33,739 bases of DNA from Pseudomonadota bacterium (GCA_023416875.1 JAEZGT010000316.1:1-33739), one strand, 5' to 3'. Counted from the stretch's first letter, positions 1-8,743 are shown. Numbers and translations are program-made. Notes: a model not told the origin generated them from the sequence alone.

Positions 1-369
1 TTTGGTGACGGTTATTCGATGTACGTCTGCACCCAGCTCAACCGGATATGTTTGCTGCTCTTGCGTGGTGACAATAACCCGTTGCCAATTGCCATCGATA
101 AACAGGTTGTAATCGTTTTTGCCGTCCTGAAATAACAGCTCGATCTGCGGCGCTTTTACTTTGAATTCAATTTGCACATTGGCCCAGTCATACAGGGCAG
201 CCTCGGCGCTTACGGCGACGCGGCCGGTGTAGCGAATCTGCGGATGGTTCGGCGCAATTACCACGCGCTTAGTTGCCGCTTCTTCAGTGCCGGCGGGCGC
301 CTGGGAGGAACAAGCGGAAAGGAATATCAGCGCACAGAAGAAAAGTCGATGGAGCCAAATTCTGTTCAT
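1..369 (-). CDS. Carbohydrate esterase family 2 (SGNH/GDSL acetyl esterase) lipoprotein, N-terminal part; 3' end runs off the window
   Basis: Not in the ORF track. Manual translation from ATG 369: MNRIWLHRLFFCALIFLSACSSQAPAG...HPQIRYTGRVAVSAEAALYDWANVQIEFKVK...NDYNLFIDG...HRITVTK, open to base 1. It has the lipobox LSAC and the CE2 N-terminal pattern (RYxGR...W...F...YxLFIDG...HxIxVxK). Confidence 0.75.
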   Translation of the reverse strand, partial: MNRIWLHRLFFCALIFLSACSSQAPAGTEEAATKRVVIAPNHPQIRYTGRVAVSAEAALYDWANVQIEFKVKAPQIELLFQDGKNDYNLFIDGNWQRVIVTTQEQQTYPVELGADVHRITVTK

Positions 370-440
370 GTTAGATGACCTTATGAGCGAAAGGTGCAGG
401 CTTATGCGAAGAGTGCACAAGATAGCCGCTGGTACCAGCC

Positions 441-474
441 TTGTCATGGTTTTGTCAGATGTATGCGGTAGGTT
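441..474 (+). promoter_or_regulatory. Putative Pho box (PhoB site) with -10 element
   Basis: TTGTCAT-GGTT-TTGTCAG (441-458), direct repeats at 11-bp period resembling CTGTCAT-N4-CTGTCA(C/T). TAGGTT (469-474) lies exactly 10 nt downstream. Confidence 0.65.
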
Positions 475-558
475 GCCGCTTTTCTGATCAGTTGGAATGG
501 CGTATATTCGCGACCCCAGGTTGAACCTATGGACCCACGGAAAACACCAGGAACCTCC

Positions 559-1059
559 ATGTCACATCCTTATTTCGCGTTACCCGTCGACGGGACCCGC
601 GCCCAGCTTCTGTTGACACCCTGCCCCGGCACTGTAACAGGCGACCTCGAAACCTCTCTCGGCGAATTGGCCAACGCCGGTGCCAAAGCGGTCATCACGT
701 TGATGACGCGGGAGGAAATGATCCGCAACGGCGCTCGCAACATCGACCGTATGTGCCTCCGTCTGGGCATGCAGTGGTTTCACTTGCCTATTGAAGATGA
801 AGGGGTGCCAGAGGAGGAATTTGAAGAGTGCTGGGACAAAGTACGCACACGTTTGCACCAGTTTCTCGACTGCCATGAATCATTGGTGATTCATTGCAAA
901 GGCGGCTCCGGCCGTACCGGGGTAGTCGCGGCGCGCTTGCTGGTGGAACGCGGTTTGGCCAGTTATGAAGCCATGTCGCAAATCAAGGCGCTGCGTCCCA
1001 AAGCCTTTGTCCACCCTGTACAAGTGGATTACGTTCGCCAATTGGCGTGTTCGCTCTAA
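559..1059 (+). CDS. Dual-specificity/protein-tyrosine phosphatase fold protein (CDKN3-like, VarH-like)
   Basis: CX5R loop HCKGGSGRTG (892 onward), WFHLPIED acid loop, N-terminal HP...LLLTPCPGT. ATG 559 follows CAGGAA; the ORF track start is 529. Confidence 0.85.
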   Translation: MSHPYFALPVDGTRAQLLLTPCPGTVTGDLETSLGELANAGAKAVITLMTREEMIRNGARNIDRMCLRLGMQWFHLPIEDEGVPEEEFEECWDKVRTRLHQFLDCHESLVIHCKGGSGRTGVVAARLLVERGLASYEAMSQIKALRPKAFVHPVQVDYVRQLACSL

Positions 1060-1139
1060 TATTTCAGCCCTTCGGGCACCTCACCGTGCCCAACCCGCTT
1101 CCGCCATCAAACTTGCCTTCTTTTATTCCTAACATTCAT

Positions 1140-1181
1140 TTGATCCGGCTCTAGGTGCGCCCGCAAGCACTTCGCTACACT
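1140..1181 (+). promoter_or_regulatory. Putative class II FNR/ANR-dependent promoter
   Basis: TTGAT-CCGG-CTCTA (1140-1153; consensus TTGAT-N4-ATCAA) is centred at 1146.5. TACACT -10 at 1176-1181 puts the site at about -41.5. Confidence 0.5.
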
Positions 1182-1219
1182 TAATACACCGACTCTTCAT
1201 ATGGAAATTCTTTTCCACT

Positions 1220-2953
1220 ATGCCGCACCGCTCCCATTTGTTTTCCCTGCGCATCGCTCACGCGTTACGCGAATGCCTTGCTGAAGGCTATTCAAAACAA
1301 ACACTCAGCCGGGATCTCTTGGCAGGTGTTACGGTTGGGATTATTGCAATACCGCTGGCGATGGCCTTGGCGATCGCCAGCGGCGTACCGCCGCAACACG
1401 GCTTGTACACTGCGATCATCGCGGGAGTTGTTATTGCCCTCTGCGGCGGCAGCCGCCTGAGCATTTCCGGCCCCACCGCCGCTTTCGTCGTGATTCTTCA
1501 GCCAGTGGTCATGCGCCACGGCCTGGGCGGATTGATGTTGGCGACACTGATGGCCGGAGTGATTTTGTTGGCGATGGCGTATGCCCGCTTAGGGCGGCTG
1601 ATTGAATATGTGCCAGAGGCCGTAACCCTGGGATTTACCGGCGGTATCGGTGTAGTGATCGCGACTTTGCAGATCAAAGATTTGTGCGGCCTAGCCATCG
1701 AACACATGCCGGAACACTTCACCGAAAAAGTCTGGGTATTGGCCCAGCACCTTCCGCAAGCGACTTGGCCCGCGCTCCTTATCGCCGGTATTACTTTGGA
1801 GGTAATGCTGCTGTGGCCGCGATTGCGTACGCCTATACCACCGCACTTGCCGGCTGTGATTATTGCGAGTCTTGTTGCGTGGCTTCTGCAACAGGGCGGC
1901 GTAGAGGTGGATACCATAGCGACACGTTTTTCCTATAGCGCCAGTGACGGCGGCGTGCATGCGGGTATACCCCCCTACCCGCCCTTCTTTTCTCTACCGT
2001 GGCAATATCCGGGCGGTGACGGCACTACCTTGAAAATCAGCTGGCCGCTGATCGTTGAACTGCTCCCCAGCGCCTTCGCCATCGCCATACTCGGGGCGAT
2101 TGAATCCCTCCTCTGCGCAGTCGTGCTCGACAGCATGACCGGCAGGCGCCACAGCGCGAATAGCGAACTGCTTGGCCAAGGACTGGGCAATCTGGTGGTG
2201 CCGTTTTTCGGTGGCATTACTGCCACTGCAGCCATAGCGCGGTCCGTGGCCAATCTTAAAGCGGGTGGACAGACGCCGGTATCCGGCATTGTCCACGGTC
2301 TGGTGGTATTACTGGGCTTACTGCTATTGGCACCATTGCTTTCTTTCCTGCCGATGGCGGGCATGGCAGCGCTGCTGCTGGTGGTGGCCTGGAACATGAG
2401 CGAACTGCCGAAATCCCTGCATTTCGTCCGTGCCGCGCCGCGCGGCGACGTTGTGGTGCTGACCACCTGTCTGCTGCTCACGGTATTTTTTGATATGGTG
2501 ATCGCGATTACCGCGGGCATACTGCTGGCGGCGGTGCTGTTTATGAAAGAAATCGCTGGCATGACGCGGCTGGATGACATTTCCGAGGATCCGCAACGCA
2601 TAGCGCATGATTTGCCTGCGGGCTGGAAAGTCTTCAAAATCACCGGCCCATTGTTTTTCGCCGCCGCCGACCGGGTATTTGGTGAGTTGGCGCTGGCCGC
2701 AACGCAGCAGCGCGGGCTGGTACTGGCACTGGAAGATGTACAGTTGCTTGACGCAGGCGGACTTGCGGCGCTCAATAAGTTGGTGGAGCTCTGCCGCAAA
2801 CATCAAATCCGGATTTATCTATGCGAATGGCAAGCACAACCACTCAAGACTCTGGCTCGGGCAAGGTTTCTGCAGATTCCGGATCAGGTGATGAATTTCC
2901 CAACGCTGGTTCAAGGGCTGCAACACATTCCCCGCGAAATTCCGGCGACTTAA
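1220..2953 (+). CDS. dauA: SulP/SLC26 family C4-dicarboxylate transporter with C-terminal STAS domain
   Basis: DLLAGVTVGIIAIPLAMALAIASGVPPQHGLYTA, ISGPTAAF, LGAIESLLCAVVLD, ATAAIARS, and the STAS motif GPLFFAAA...LDAGG. Confidence 0.9.
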   Translation: MPHRSHLFSLRIAHALRECLAEGYSKQTLSRDLLAGVTVGIIAIPLAMALAIASGVPPQHGLYTAIIAGVVIALCGGSRLSISGPTAAFVVILQPVVMRHGLGGLMLATLMAGVILLAMAYARLGRLIEYVPEAVTLGFTGGIGVVIATLQIKDLCGLAIEHMPEHFTEKVWVLAQHLPQATWPALLIAGITLEVMLLWPRLRTPIPPHLPAVIIASLVAWLLQQGGVEVDTIATRFSYSASDGGVHAGIPPYPPFFSLPWQYPGGDGTTLKISWPLIVELLPSAFAIAILGAIESLLCAVVLDSMTGRRHSANSELLGQGLGNLVVPFFGGITATAAIARSVANLKAGGQTPVSGIVHGLVVLLGLLLLAPLLSFLPMAGMAALLLVVAWNMSELPKSLHFVRAAPRGDVVVLTTCLLLTVFFDMVIAITAGILLAAVLFMKEIAGMTRLDDISEDPQRIAHDLPAGWKVFKITGPLFFAAADRVFGELALAATQQRGLVLALEDVQLLDAGGLAALNKLVELCRKHQIRIYLCEWQAQPLKTLARARFLQIPDQVMNFPTLVQGLQHIPREIPAT

Positions 2954-4224
2954 CACGTCTTTCTCTCGTCGATAACGCGCTTTCCGGCGACAGTGCGATT
3001 ATTCTGCGCAAACTTCTGCAACTGCGCCTACTGGTGCTCGGTGCTCTCGTCGGGTTTTTGTGGCTGCTGGACACCCTCTCCGAATGGCCGGTGAATTATC
3101 CCATGGCTTTAGTGGCGATCAGCTGCGGCATTGCTTGGTCGTTGGGGTTATTACTGCGCAAAACCGGGAAAACTACATCGCGGGACGTAATGCGAGAATT
3201 GGTGATCGATGGTATTTGGCTGACACTGGTGGTATATGCATCCGGCCGCTCAGAAAATCCATTTATTTATTATTTTCTGGTGTTGATTGCGATCGCGTCC
3301 ACTGTACTGCGAGCGCGAAGCGCTTGGTTATTCAGCCTTACAGGTGTATGTGTTTATACGCTGTTTCTCTATCTGGATATCAAAAACCATTTCGCCCATA
3401 TGTCAGACGACTACCAGTTTCACTTGCTCGGCATGTGGATCAATTTCTGCGGCAGTTCTTTGGTGACCTGCTATTTCATTTCCAAACTCGCAGCGTCTTT
3501 GCGCAGCCATCAGGCGCAATTAATTCGCGCGCGGGAAGAAACCCTGCAGAACGAACAGTTGATCGGCATAGGCACCCTCGCCGCCTCCACGGTGCATGCG
3601 CTCGGCACACCGCTATCGACCCTTACGGTGCTGCTGGGTGAAATGCACCACAATGCAGACACCGCTGAAAAACGTCAGGACATGGATTTGATGCTAACTC
3701 AGATCAGCCGCTGTAAAGACACCATGAAAAAACTCTCGCTGCTGGCCGACCAGGAACGCGACCCGCCGCAACTCGAACTGGTTACGCACCTGGCGGAAGC
3801 GCTAAGCGAACACTACGCCATTGTCCACCCTTTGCGACCGCCGCAGATCACATGCACCGACTCTTGCTCGGCACGGCAAGTACCGCACAGTCTGCTGCTG
3901 CGCCACGCGCTGATCAATTTGATCGACAACGCCGTGGAGGCTGCACGAGATCTTGTGAAAGTGGAGTTTGCGGATAGCGAGGCTTTATTACTGATCACCA
4001 TTACCGATGACGGCCCCGGTATGTCGCAGCGGGTACTGAACCGCTGGGGCAAGCCGCAGCATTCGTCCAAGGAAACTGGCCTGGGCATAGGCGTATTCCT
4101 CGCCAACAGCACCATCGAGCGATTGGGCGGTACGGTTGCAATCGGCGCCTTCGATGGGGATACTGCCGCCGCACCAAACCTGCAGACACGCATTATCGTC
4201 ACGCTGCCTTTAGCGGAAACCTGA
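2821..4224 (+). CDS. regB: RegB/PrrB/RoxS-family sensor histidine kinase (start uncertain)
   Basis: Multiple N-terminal TM segments, GRSENPF (RegB GGxxNPF), HLLGMWINF, H-box VHALGTPL, redox Cys RCK, N-box NLIDNA, DDGPG and GLGIG. Confidence 0.8.
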   Translation: MRMASTTTQDSGSGKVSADSGSGDEFPNAGSRAATHSPRNSGDLTRLSLVDNALSGDSAIILRKLLQLRLLVLGALVGFLWLLDTLSEWPVNYPMALVAISCGIAWSLGLLLRKTGKTTSRDVMRELVIDGIWLTLVVYASGRSENPFIYYFLVLIAIASTVLRARSAWLFSLTGVCVYTLFLYLDIKNHFAHMSDDYQFHLLGMWINFCGSSLVTCYFISKLAASLRSHQAQLIRAREETLQNEQLIGIGTLAASTVHALGTPLSTLTVLLGEMHHNADTAEKRQDMDLMLTQISRCKDTMKKLSLLADQERDPPQLELVTHLAEALSEHYAIVHPLRPPQITCTDSCSARQVPHSLLLRHALINLIDNAVEAARDLVKVEFADSEALLLITITDDGPGMSQRVLNRWGKPQHSSKETGLGIGVFLANSTIERLGGTVAIGAFDGDTAAAPNLQTRIIVTLPLAET

Positions 4225-4249
4225 CCGGATTAATACTTTGCAACCACTT

Positions 4250-4792
4250 ATGAGCCGACAGCCGGAGCGAATTCTGTACGTCGAAGACGATGCGGTACTG
4301 GCATCTGTCACCGTGCGGGCGCTTACCCGTCGTGGCTACCAGGTCAATCATTTCGCCAACATAGCCGCCATCAAAGCGGGCTGCGACGCTGTGGCCTACG
4401 ACTGGGCGCTACTGGATCTGAAATTGGACGATGGCTCCTCCCTGGAGTTGCTCGAAGACCTTCTGCGGCAAAAACCGGAATTAAAAGTAGTGGTACTGAC
4501 CGGCTATGCCAGCATCGCTACCGCCGTGCAGGCGATCAAACTGGGTGCGGTGAACTATCTCGCCAAACCCGCCACCATAGAGCAGATCCTAAATGCTTTT
4601 TGCGAAGACAATGTGCTCACCAATGATGTGTGCAGCGTTGATCATGTTTTGCCGCTACGCCGGGTGGAGTGGGAACATATTCAACAGGCATTGGCGGACA
4701 ACAACGGCAATATTTCCGCAACCGCGCGGCAATTAAAAATGCACCGCAGAACCTTGCAACGCAAACTCAGCAAAAAACCCGTCAACGAATAA
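4250..4792 (+). CDS. regA: RegA/PrrA/RoxR-family response regulator
   Basis: Receiver VEDD...LLDLKL...LTGYASIATAVQAIKLGA, and the diagnostic C-terminus EWEHIQQAL...GNISATARQLKMHRRTLQRKL. ATG 4250 (alternative TTG 4238). Confidence 0.9.
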   Translation: MSRQPERILYVEDDAVLASVTVRALTRRGYQVNHFANIAAIKAGCDAVAYDWALLDLKLDDGSSLELLEDLLRQKPELKVVVLTGYASIATAVQAIKLGAVNYLAKPATIEQILNAFCEDNVLTNDVCSVDHVLPLRRVEWEHIQQALADNNGNISATARQLKMHRRTLQRKLSKKPVNE

Positions 4793-4829
4793 ACTGCCGT
4801 ATTGTGCGGACATCACCGACTGTATCTTC

Positions 4830-5906
4830 ATGACATTTTCCAACGACGATTATCAGCAACAGCTCCAGGCCAAATACACTCAAACGCTGGCCGAATTTGA
4901 AGAATTCCGCATCACGGAAATTGAGGTGTTTCCCTCCCCGCCACAGGCATATCGCATGCGGGCGGAGTTCAAAGCCTGGCATTCCGATGATGGTGTCAGT
5001 TACGCCATGTTCGAACCGGGCAGCCGCAGCGCCTATACCGTGGACGCTTTTGCCACCGGTTCATCAACCATCCAAGCGTTGATGCCGCGCCTGCGCGATT
5101 ATTTGAACAACAATCAAATCCTGCGTCACAAACTTTTCCAAATCGAATTTCTCACCAGCACCATCGGTGAGTCTCTGGTAACGTTGATTTATCACAAAAC
5201 GCTGGATGATGAGTGGCAGACTCAAGCGGAAATCGCTGCGCAGCAGCTGCAGACCGATATCATCGGCCGCAGCCGAGGACAAAAACGGGTTTTATCGCGA
5301 GATTTTATTTACGAATGCTTCAATATCGCCGGCAGGCCTTATCGCTATCAGCAGCTGGAAGGCTCTTTTACTCAACCGAACGGTTATGTCTGTCGGGACA
5401 TGCTGGAATGGGCCGAGCAAAACAGTCGCGGCCTCGGTGGTGATCTGCTGGAACTTTATTGCGGCAACGGTAATTTTACGCTGCCGCTCTCGCGCAATTT
5501 CAATAAAGTGTTAGCCACCGAAGTCGCCAAATCCAGCATCCAATCCGCATTGCATAATTGCGAATTGAACCAGGTCAACAACATCACCTTTGTTCGGATG
5601 GCTGCAGAAGATATCGCCGGTGCGTTTAATCAGGTGCGCAGTTACGAACGTTTAAAAAACGTCGCCCTACAGGATTATCAGTTTTCCACAGTATTTGTGG
5701 ATCCGCCGCGCAGCGGTATGGATGAGACCACCAATCATTTCGTGAGCCAATTCGACAATATTATATATATTTCCTGCAATCCGCAGACGCTCAAAGACAA
5801 TCTACGGTTGCTGCTCAAAACCCACCGCGTGGAGTGCATGGCCTTGTTCGATCAGTTTCCCTATACCGAACATCGCGAATGCGGTGTGTTGTTGCGGCGA
5901 CTCTGA
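4830..5906 (+). CDS. trmA: tRNA/tmRNA (uracil-5)-methyltransferase
   Basis: YRMRAEF, SFTQPN, DLLELYCGNGNF, FVDPPRSG, catalytic YISCNP, FDQFPYTEHRECGV. Confidence 0.95.
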   Translation: MTFSNDDYQQQLQAKYTQTLAEFEEFRITEIEVFPSPPQAYRMRAEFKAWHSDDGVSYAMFEPGSRSAYTVDAFATGSSTIQALMPRLRDYLNNNQILRHKLFQIEFLTSTIGESLVTLIYHKTLDDEWQTQAEIAAQQLQTDIIGRSRGQKRVLSRDFIYECFNIAGRPYRYQQLEGSFTQPNGYVCRDMLEWAEQNSRGLGGDLLELYCGNGNFTLPLSRNFNKVLATEVAKSSIQSALHNCELNQVNNITFVRMAAEDIAGAFNQVRSYERLKNVALQDYQFSTVFVDPPRSGMDETTNHFVSQFDNIIYISCNPQTLKDNLRLLLKTHRVECMALFDQFPYTEHRECGVLLRRL

Positions 5907-5987
5907 TTTATTCCCGCTAAAACCAGGAGCAGGCTGACGGCACCACAGTGCGCAAATTTACAGCAAACCCCTCGCGATTAAATTCGA

Positions 5988-6443
5988 TTAAAGCGTGCGC
6001 CCAATCATTCTTTGCGCGGCGTCACGCACAAAATCTCCTAATATTTTTTCCTGCTGTTCGATTTGCGACTCAAATTCCTTTCTCTGCTCACGGGACAGCT
6101 GTTTCCACGCATCAAGAATTGGAATATGCGAAATTGCCTGTGCCAGCTTATCGAATGCGATAAATTCCTCTCGCACAGGGCCATTTACGGATAGCTGATC
6201 CATCAAGGCCGAAATACGCAAACTCGCCTCCGCGCACTCCACCTGTTCATCCAATAAAGCTCGACAAATAATCTGCATGCTCTGATTCAGCTTTTGCCGT
6301 GCCAGCTGATATTGTCTCTCCGCCTCCTCCTGACGCAGTTTAACCTGTTTGTTTACCTGATAAAGCCTCCAGTGGAGGTAGATAGCGACAGACAACAAAC
6401 ATAAAATGATAAACCCGCCGACATACAACAACATCTCACTCAT
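5988..6443 (-). CDS. DUF2489-family membrane-anchored protein
   Basis: N-terminal TM, then SMQIICRAL...EASLRISALMD...HIPILDAWKQL. ATG 6443 has a GGAGGG RBS and overlaps the rmuC stop. Confidence 0.65.
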   Translation of the reverse strand: MSEMLLYVGGFIILCLLSVAIYLHWRLYQVNKQVKLRQEEAERQYQLARQKLNQSMQIICRALLDEQVECAEASLRISALMDQLSVNGPVREEFIAFDKLAQAISHIPILDAWKQLSREQRKEFESQIEQQEKILGDFVRDAAQRMIGRTL

Positions 6444-7848
6444 CGGTTTGGCCCTCCATACGGTCATGACTTACAAGCGCCCTTCCCGCCATATCCTCCG
6501 GGATCGCTTTATTGGTTTTGGCGCCTAAACGACGCAGATCATCACTGCGTTTAATCAGATTACCTTTGCCGGATTCCAGCCTGCTCATCGCCGTCTGAAA
6601 GCCACGACTCGCGCGTTCAATACCCGCACCAACTTCCTGCATGGACTCCAAAAAGCGGACAAACTGGTCGTGGAGTTTGCCAGCACTGAGAACAATTTGC
6701 TCAACATTTTTGTCCTGACGATCACGCTGCCATAAAGCCTCAACAGTGCGCAAAATCGCAAACAAGCTGGCGGGGCTTACCAGCAGAATTCGTTTGTCAT
6801 AGGCTTCCTGCAACAACTCTGGAGCACGCTGAACCGCGCTGACAAAAGCAGCCTCTACAGGAACGAACATACAGACAAAATCCAAGCGCTTCCTGCCGAC
6901 CGAGTCGGCATAATTTTTCGCGGACAGTCCGCGTAAGTGCGAGCGCATCGAATCAATCAGATCTTTCAATGCTTGAACTTTTTGCTGCTCGTCACTAGTG
7001 GCATTGAAGCGTTCATAGGCAAGAAGCGACACTTTAGCGTCGATAATCAAATCTTTTTCGTCCGGTAGATATACCACCACGTCTGGCTGCAAACGTTTGC
7101 CATCTGCTGTGACTTCCGAGACTTGCAAATCAAAATCTCTACCGCGCAAAAAGCCCATTTGCTCGAGGATATTGGCGAGGATCATTTCCCCCCAATTTCC
7201 CATCACTTTATTGTTGCCTTTTAATGCATTGGCTAGATTCACTGCATCCGTGCCGATTTGCTGAGACTGCTTCTGCAGCTCGACTATCTGCGCCAGCATT
7301 TGATGATGTCGCGCCGCATCTTGCGCCTGCACTTCTTCAACCTTCGCGCGAAAATCTTTTAGCTGATCGCGAAAAGGCGACATGATTTGCAGCAACTGCT
7401 GTTGTGAAGCTCGGGAAAATTGCTCTTGCTTGACATCAAAAAGGCGGTTGGCGAGATTTTCAAAATCTCGGCTCATGCTCTCCTTGGTTTCTTTGAGTGT
7501 GTCGATTTCCCTCTTGAGGCTCGATTCTTTCTGCTCAAAAAGCGCTCGAGCGGTGGAGAGCTCCGTCTGCAAATGAAACTTTTGTTCGCGTATTTGATTC
7601 AGCTCTACAGATAGTGCCAATCGCTCCCGCTCTAATACTTCAACGCGCGAGCGAGATAATTCCGCTCCCGACTGTTGTTCGGCAAAGCGCGTCTTATATT
7701 CCAAATCTTTCGCAACTAATCGATCTTTCTGACGCACGAGCATCAGCAGCAATGCCCCCAATAAAACAGCAGTAAACAGTGTCCATACCAGGAGAAGCCA
7801 TATCGGAACTGCGTGGACGTCGAGCATTTCATACACCAAATCTTGCAT
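6436..7848 (-). CDS. rmuC: DNA recombination protein RmuC
   Basis: N-terminal TM, coiled coil, GNWGEMIL, LQPDVVVYLP, IIDAKVSL, DFVCMFVPVE. Confidence 0.93.
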   Translation of the reverse strand: MQDLVYEMLDVHAVPIWLLLVWTLFTAVLLGALLLMLVRQKDRLVAKDLEYKTRFAEQQSGAELSRSRVEVLERERLALSVELNQIREQKFHLQTELSTARALFEQKESSLKREIDTLKETKESMSRDFENLANRLFDVKQEQFSRASQQQLLQIMSPFRDQLKDFRAKVEEVQAQDAARHHQMLAQIVELQKQSQQIGTDAVNLANALKGNNKVMGNWGEMILANILEQMGFLRGRDFDLQVSEVTADGKRLQPDVVVYLPDEKDLIIDAKVSLLAYERFNATSDEQQKVQALKDLIDSMRSHLRGLSAKNYADSVGRKRLDFVCMFVPVEAAFVSAVQRAPELLQEAYDKRILLVSPASLFAILRTVEALWQRDRQDKNVEQIVLSAGKLHDQFVRFLESMQEVGAGIERASRGFQTAMSRLESGKGNLIKRSDDLRRLGAKTNKAIPEDMAGRALVSHDRMEGQTDE

Positions 7849-7899
7849 AAAAATATGCTATCTTAAGGCCGCATAAATTCTTCATTATATATCCAGCTT

Positions 7900-8712
7900 A
7901 TGCCTAGCCCTTCAGTGCTTATTCTCGATTCAGGAATCGGCGGATTGAGCGTGACCCGGGAAATTCGTATGCTTTGTCCCTATCTGCACATAGATTATCT
8001 TGCGGACCTGGCTGCCTTTCCTTATGGCATTAAGTCTGAAGAGCAAATCATATCGCGGGTAACTTCCCTTGTAGACAAGTTGGGTAAGTCGTTACAACCA
8101 TCGGTGATTGTAGTCGCTTGCAATACCGCCAGCACAGTCGCTCTGAACGCAATTCGACAGCAAACTCATACGCCAGTGGTTGGCGTGGTGCCTGCTATAA
8201 AACCGGCAGCCGCATTGTCGGCAACAGGCGTTATCGGGGTATTGGCGACGGAGGGGACGGTTAATCGGAAATATACTCATGAGCTGATACAGGAGTTTGC
8301 GCCAAGCCGCACAGTGGTGCTTCACGGTAGCTCTCAACTTGTTCAGTTGGCCGAACAAAAACTGCAGAATGTTTTTCTCGAGCCAGGAGCGGTGCAGCAA
8401 GAACTTATGCCGCTTTTTGCCAAGGCTCCGAAAATGGATACAGTCGTCCTCGCCTGCACCCATTTTCCATTACTTAAAAGCGAATTTGCCGCGAGCTTTC
8501 CGCAAGTCAAATTCTGGGTGGATTCAGGGCCGGCAATTGCAAAACGGGTGGAATATCTACTTTCGACACAGGGGACCACCCCGGTGCTCCACGCAGCTTC
8601 TGCAATTCAAAAAGGACTCAATAAGTTTTACGTCACCGCCAAAAGTCACTACGATCAGCGTTCGCTGGCGTCTCTACTCTGGAATTTCGAGACTGAAATC
8701 ATCTCGATTTAG
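7900..8712 (+). CDS. murI: Glutamate racemase
   Basis: DSGIGGLSV, FPYGIK, catalytic VACNTAS and LACTHFP, VDSGPAIA. Confidence 0.96.
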   Translation: MPSPSVLILDSGIGGLSVTREIRMLCPYLHIDYLADLAAFPYGIKSEEQIISRVTSLVDKLGKSLQPSVIVVACNTASTVALNAIRQQTHTPVVGVVPAIKPAAALSATGVIGVLATEGTVNRKYTHELIQEFAPSRTVVLHGSSQLVQLAEQKLQNVFLEPGAVQQELMPLFAKAPKMDTVVLACTHFPLLKSEFAASFPQVKFWVDSGPAIAKRVEYLLSTQGTTPVLHAASAIQKGLNKFYVTAKSHYDQRSLASLLWNFETEIISI

Positions 8713-8743
8713 TTCTCAATAGATTTCGCCACCCCGAATAGAG

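Noticed and set aside
380..417. Imperfect direct repeat CTTATGAGCGAAAGGTGCA / CTTATGCGAAGAGTGCA upstream of the CE2 gene
   Set aside because: Only two degenerate copies with an indel; it cannot be distinguished from chance or local slippage.
172..487. Two short plus-strand ORFs (68 and 66 aa)
   Set aside because: They are antisense to the CE2 gene or run through the promoter region; no coding signal.
1074..1091. GGGCAC-N6-GTGCCC hairpin after the phosphatase
   Set aside because: Short stem with no adjacent U-tract; not supportable as a terminator.
1975..2799. 274-aa minus-strand ORF and the other short ORFs overlapping dauA, lon, clpX, tig, fadAB, speA and the GGDEF gene
   Set aside because: These are antisense or alternative frames of well-supported genes, with low-complexity Ser/Ala/Arg-rich translations.
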